A DNA stretch of 64,000 nt from a virus. A program made the translations under genes and the position numbers. Of the stretch, positions 60,840 through 64,000 are shown piece after piece (position 1 is the first letter of the stretch; every line of letters starts with the position of its first letter). The stretch spans positions 64,001-128,000 of IMG/VR virus record IMGVR_UViG_3300045988_108212, one strand, 5' to 3'. Under the pieces are notes generated by a model. That model had not been told where the DNA came from, did no database searches, and worked only from the letters and a program-made list of their open reading frames with translations.

Positions 60840-61448
60840 CTATCTGATTTTTCCATTATCTGCGATCGCTTCTACGTCATCACAGTAACTATTACAAGGA
60901 TTCCATACACAATAGCTTGTTACGTGCTTTCCTTTTCTTACACGTTTGTTATACGCAAGGTAGTAACCTTTTCCATACGTTCCATGTTTACCTCCGGCAG
61001 AAACACTTTTAATAATTTCCACATAAATCGTATGCTTTACAGCACGTTCACGAATCATTTTATCGGTTAATTTTCCAGTGCTGATATACTTTACTCTATA
61101 GGCTTTTAAGTCGTACTCGTGGCGTATATAATCGTTTACAAGCTGGATGTTTTTATTCTTTGCATTGATCTTTACAATAGAATCATCGAGCTTGTTTTTT
61201 GTTCTATGAGTGTTAAATTTTACAATGACAACGGTAGTCCCTGGATAGGCATATGATTCCTTGCGAACTTTCCAGCAATAACCATCTGCCGTATCAATTG
61301 TACCGTCACTGTTATAAATGCCGTTTATCGTTCTGTACGTGCTTCTTTTTGTCTTTGCGTGTACAGTATTTCCAAAGATTAAAAAAGCCGTAAACATGAG
61401 TGCTACAGCTAATAGGATCTTGATTGTTTTGTTCTGTTTTGTTCTCAT
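60840..61448 (-). CDS. secreted/membrane-anchored protein
   Basis: The start is at ATG 61448. Signal-anchor MRTKQNKTIKILLAVALMFTAFLIFGNTVHA. Confidence 0.55.
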   Translation of the reverse strand: MRTKQNKTIKILLAVALMFTAFLIFGNTVHAKTKRSTYRTINGIYNSDGTIDTADGYCWKVRKESYAYPGTTVVIVKFNTHRTKNKLDDSIVKINAKNKNIQLVNDYIRHEYDLKAYRVKYISTGKLTDKMIRERAVKHTIYVEIIKSVSAGGKHGTYGKGYYLAYNKRVRKGKHVTSYCVWNPCNSYCDDVEAIADNGKIR

Positions 61449-61467
61449 TGTGTGTTTACCTTCTTTC

Positions 61468-61863
61468 TTAATATTCAAAATTCGGAAATAGTTCGTATAA
61501 ATCTTCTTCATCTATGTATTTTCCATTAATTGTGATACTAACGGCATAGGATACAAAATATTTTCCATTATCATCTTCTAAACCATCATCATCTTCTTGT
61601 TTCCAAAAAGAAAAGCAACTACCACAAATACAAATATCTTTTGCTTCTAAATTGTTAATAAAATGCTGATTGATTTCATTAAGAACGAATTGTTCAAAAT
61701 TGAAATTTTCCGCTTTTGCTAATGTGGATTTTCCCGTTAACCAGTCTGCATCTTTTCCACGTAAAGGATCAATAAGTTCTCCATGTTCATTCTCTTGAAA
61801 TATGTCGGCAGAAATCCCATGCAATTTAATTGTGTCAAGTTCTCTATATTTTTCAAAATTCAT
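61468..61863 (-). CDS. hypothetical early protein
   Basis: The start is at ATG 61863, 9 nt after GAAGG. Confidence 0.5.
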   Translation of the reverse strand: MNFEKYRELDTIKLHGISADIFQENEHGELIDPLRGKDADWLTGKSTLAKAENFNFEQFVLNEINQHFINNLEAKDICICGSCFSFWKQEDDDGLEDDNGKYFVSYAVSITINGKYIDEEDLYELFPNFEY

Positions 61864-61881
61864 AATCATTTACCTTCTTTC

Positions 61882-62073
61882 TTATTCTGTATCTGTATCA
61901 TCATCAAAAAATCCAACGCAAGCAAGCATATAGACAGCGGTAATCATTACCAACAACGCTTCTAATATAAAGGCTTGCGGGATCTTTATAAACGCAATAA
62001 TAGCCATTGCAATTCCTACAATCGCAACGGCTATATCTATCGGTTGTGGTTTATGTAATTGTATTTTTTCCAT
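61882..62073 (-). CDS. small membrane protein
   Basis: 63 aa with two TM helices. AGGAGGAGG SD. Confidence 0.5.
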   Translation of the reverse strand: MEKIQLHKPQPIDIAVAIVGIAMAIIAFIKIPQAFILEALLVMITAVYMLACVGFFDDDTDTE

Positions 62074-62088
62074 TGTTCTTTCCTCCTC

Positions 62089-62340
62089 CTACTCGTCAAC
62101 TCTTTCTATCATAAAATTACCACCGTGATATAAGTTCAGTCCGTGATTTCCACCAGTGATATACATATCATCAGTGATCCCATCACGTTCTATATCTTCA
62201 TCTGAAACAAATACGCCCATATTTCCATTAGATTCTAGTTGATCGATCGCAAGATCTAAGATTGCACCATAATTCGTTGTAGGTTCGTCAACTGTTACAA
62301 GTTCGCTGAAATAACCAAAAATCACTTTATATTTTGTCAT
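62089..62340 (-). CDS. hypothetical acidic early protein
   Basis: 83 aa with GAAGGAAGG SD. Confidence 0.5.
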   Translation of the reverse strand: MTKYKVIFGYFSELVTVDEPTTNYGAILDLAIDQLESNGNMGVFVSDEDIERDGITDDMYITGGNHGLNLYHGGNFMIERVDE

Positions 62341-62387
62341 AATATCCTTCCTTCTGCCCTTTACGGGACTTTATTTCTTTATAAGTT

Positions 62388-62423
62388 CAATAAAATAGAC
62401 AAGTCGTGTTTTGACTTGTCTAT
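62388..62423 (-). terminator. rho-independent terminator
   Basis: An 11-bp stem, ATAGACAAGTC-N7-GACTTGTCTAT, followed on the minus strand by TTTTATT. Confidence 0.7.
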
Positions 62424-62433
62424 AATATTCAAT

Positions 62434-62796
62434 CTATAAATACGCCACAAACTCTGAAAAATCAACCGTATCATATAAGTTCTTGATTTTCTCATGATAT
62501 ACATTGTCAAGTTCTTCTTGAGTATCTACCCACGGCATACCATTAAAAACCTTCTCAGCTTCTTGTAAGATATACTGTTTTGCTAATGGCTGTAAATCAC
62601 AAACAACCGTTTCTGCTTCTTTATGTGGGCAAAACGGTTCAATAAGATCCTTTCTTATGTTATCTTGAATATAACTTTCCAAACTTGAACCGTTCTTTTT
62701 ATCATCTGATTTATTAAAAAATTCTAACAGTTGTCCAACCGTTAGAATTTTAATCTCATTGTCATCATATTCATCAGCATATAAATATTGTTCCAT
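62434..62796 (-). CDS. hypothetical acidic early protein
   Basis: 120 aa with AAAGGAG SD. Confidence 0.5.
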   Translation of the reverse strand: MEQYLYADEYDDNEIKILTVGQLLEFFNKSDDKKNGSSLESYIQDNIRKDLIEPFCPHKEAETVVCDLQPLAKQYILQEAEKVFNGMPWVDTQEELDNVYHEKIKNLYDTVDFSEFVAYL

Positions 62797-62820
62797 AATT
62801 CAAACACTCCTTTTATTTCT

Positions 62821-63333
62821 CTAATATGGCTTAACAATAGTTCCATAGATTGCATGGAACAAAGTATTTTCATACTTTTCATTTTCACAACCACTTAATT
62901 TTTTTAGCTGATTTCTCATATTTTCATATACTTCCTGGAATTCTGTATATGCTTTTTTAGATACTTCTAACTGTTTTTCTAATGAAACAAGATTGTCTTT
63001 TAAATCGTCAATCCTATTATTGATCTTTTCTTTAATCTGATTTACGTCATAAAGAATAGGTATATATTGCCTATTCTCGTATTTTGTTTCGTGGCAAAAA
63101 ATAGAGTCGTGTTCATAACCGCTGGACTCAGACCATCCACAGATTGATAATTCTGCACTATTATCTTTTGCCGTATATGTAGCTCCGTCAAAATTCTTTG
63201 ACATATTTTTGAATGGTGCACCATCTTTTTTGGTTGGATATGTAACTTTCTCCCATTTTTCAATTAAGCACTTTGTTCTTTCGATCTGTCTTTTGATTTC
63301 TGTCTGAATTCCATCTAAATCATAATAGTTCAT
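62821..63333 (-). CDS. hypothetical coiled-coil protein
   Basis: 170 aa with AAGGAGG SD. Confidence 0.5.
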   Translation of the reverse strand: MNYYDLDGIQTEIKRQIERTKCLIEKWEKVTYPTKKDGAPFKNMSKNFDGATYTAKDNSAELSICGWSESSGYEHDSIFCHETKYENRQYIPILYDVNQIKEKINNRIDDLKDNLVSLEKQLEVSKKAYTEFQEVYENMRNQLKKLSGCENEKYENTLFHAIYGTIVKPY

Positions 63334-63344
63334 AATATACCTCC

Positions 63345-63893
63345 TTAATTTACAATTGAAATGTAGCCGTTGAATGCTGTAGAATTAACATACCAACCAC
63401 GAATATTCATTTCACGACTGAATTTTTCATAATCAAAATAATTTGATACACTTGTTGGAATATTTTCAAGTAGTCCAGTATTATCAACATACTGATAAGC
63501 AACGTCTTTCATGCTGTCGCAATCTGAATAGATGATATAGTTACCATCTTCTACAATGTCAAAGGCTTCATCTAAAGTTGATGTTTCTGAACTAATTTCA
63601 TTAAATACCGTTCTTTCTTCATCTGAAAGTTCTGAATACCGTTCTCCAATTTCCTGGAGTCTTGAAAGTGGTGTGTATTCTCCTAAGTCCGTTGTATCAA
63701 ACTCTGCATCATAATCAGCGATAAAGTATTCTTCATATTCTGCACCAATGCCGATTTCTTTCAAGATGTTTTTGATTTCGTCTTCATCAGCAAGTGGGAA
63801 ATTTACAGCTTTATCAATGATTTCTCCTTCATTGTATTTCCCTAAGTTTGTAACCCATGCTGTAAAACCGTCTTTATTTGTGTTCGTGTTCAT
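63345..63893 (-). CDS. ardA: ArdA antirestriction protein (DNA mimic)
   Basis: VTNLGKYNEGEI, EYEEYFIADYD, IYSDCDSMKDVAYQYVDNTG and NYFDYEKFSREM are colinear with Tn916-type ArdA. 182 aa, strongly acidic. Confidence 0.88.
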   Translation of the reverse strand: MNTNTNKDGFTAWVTNLGKYNEGEIIDKAVNFPLADEDEIKNILKEIGIGAEYEEYFIADYDAEFDTTDLGEYTPLSRLQEIGERYSELSDEERTVFNEISSETSTLDEAFDIVEDGNYIIYSDCDSMKDVAYQYVDNTGLLENIPTSVSNYFDYEKFSREMNIRGWYVNSTAFNGYISIVN

Positions 63894-63958
63894 GATAATA
63901 CCTTCTTTCTTTAGTTACCCGACTTATAAAAGCGGGATTTTGTTTATAAGTACAATTA

Positions 63959-63982
63959 AAGACACAACTCTTGTTGTGTCTT
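63959..63982. terminator. 10-bp hairpin AAGACACAAC-TCTT-GTTGTGTCTT (terminator-like)
   Basis: Read directly. It lies upstream of ardA and has a weak T-tract on the minus strand (TTAATT). Confidence 0.4.
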
Positions 63983-64000
63983 GTATTCTACTTATAAATT

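Noticed and set aside
1-64000. Stop-codon reassignment (TAG or TGA recoding) suggested by the odd tRNA.
   Set aside because: Long intact ORFs (up to 1077 aa) and tight gene packing under the standard code leave no large unexplained gaps. No suppressor anticodon could be read.

Overview
The window is A+T-rich and almost entirely coding. About 105 genes are packed on the minus strand. The only convincing plus-strand gene is a small XRE-type regulator at 30782..30985. No virion, packaging or lysis genes are present, so this looks like the early and replication arm of a large Firmicutes-type phage (or possibly a phage-plasmid).

The core is a complete replisome block: NAD-dependent ligase, RecD2-like helicase, Pol III alpha (DnaE), RecJ-like DHH exonuclease, TOPRIM primase, DnaB-like helicase, a Sak4-like ATPase and an SSB-like protein. 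The DnaE, RecJ-like, primase and helicase order matches, as I recall it, the yorL-yorK-yorJ-yorI block of Bacillus phage SPbeta.

The accessory genes around this core are:
- ADP-ribosylglycohydrolase, SNF2 helicase and a beta-class DNA methyltransferase
- a DUF2829 (Tad2-like) protein
- LemA, and a PspA-like plus flotillin pair
- an RlmN/Cfr-like radical SAM enzyme
- a DHH/DHHA1 phosphoesterase next to a minimal CCA/poly(A)-type nucleotidyltransferase
- a sigma factor and a membrane J-domain protein
- a MazF/EndoA-type toxin, a tyrosine recombinase and a metallophosphoesterase
- two Bro-N proteins
- a roughly 9.5 kb array of small early ORFs ending in ArdA

Most interesting items:
1. A MazF toxin with no MazE sits immediately upstream of, and is probably co-transcribed with, a catalytically degenerate integrase-like protein. 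Its promoter/operator cassette is duplicated 33 kb away. A strong orphan antisense promoter at the operon's 3' end could drive a roughly 95-nt RNA.
2. A tRNA gene has its anticodon loop interrupted by about 67 nt.
3. A tRNA-like T-arm fragment lies beside direct repeats phased at exactly 43 nt.
4. The phage carries a PspA-like/flotillin/LemA membrane set.
5. The nucleotide- and ADP-ribose-directed enzymes are plausible anti-defence candidates.

All functional calls come from motif recognition by eye. No searches were run.
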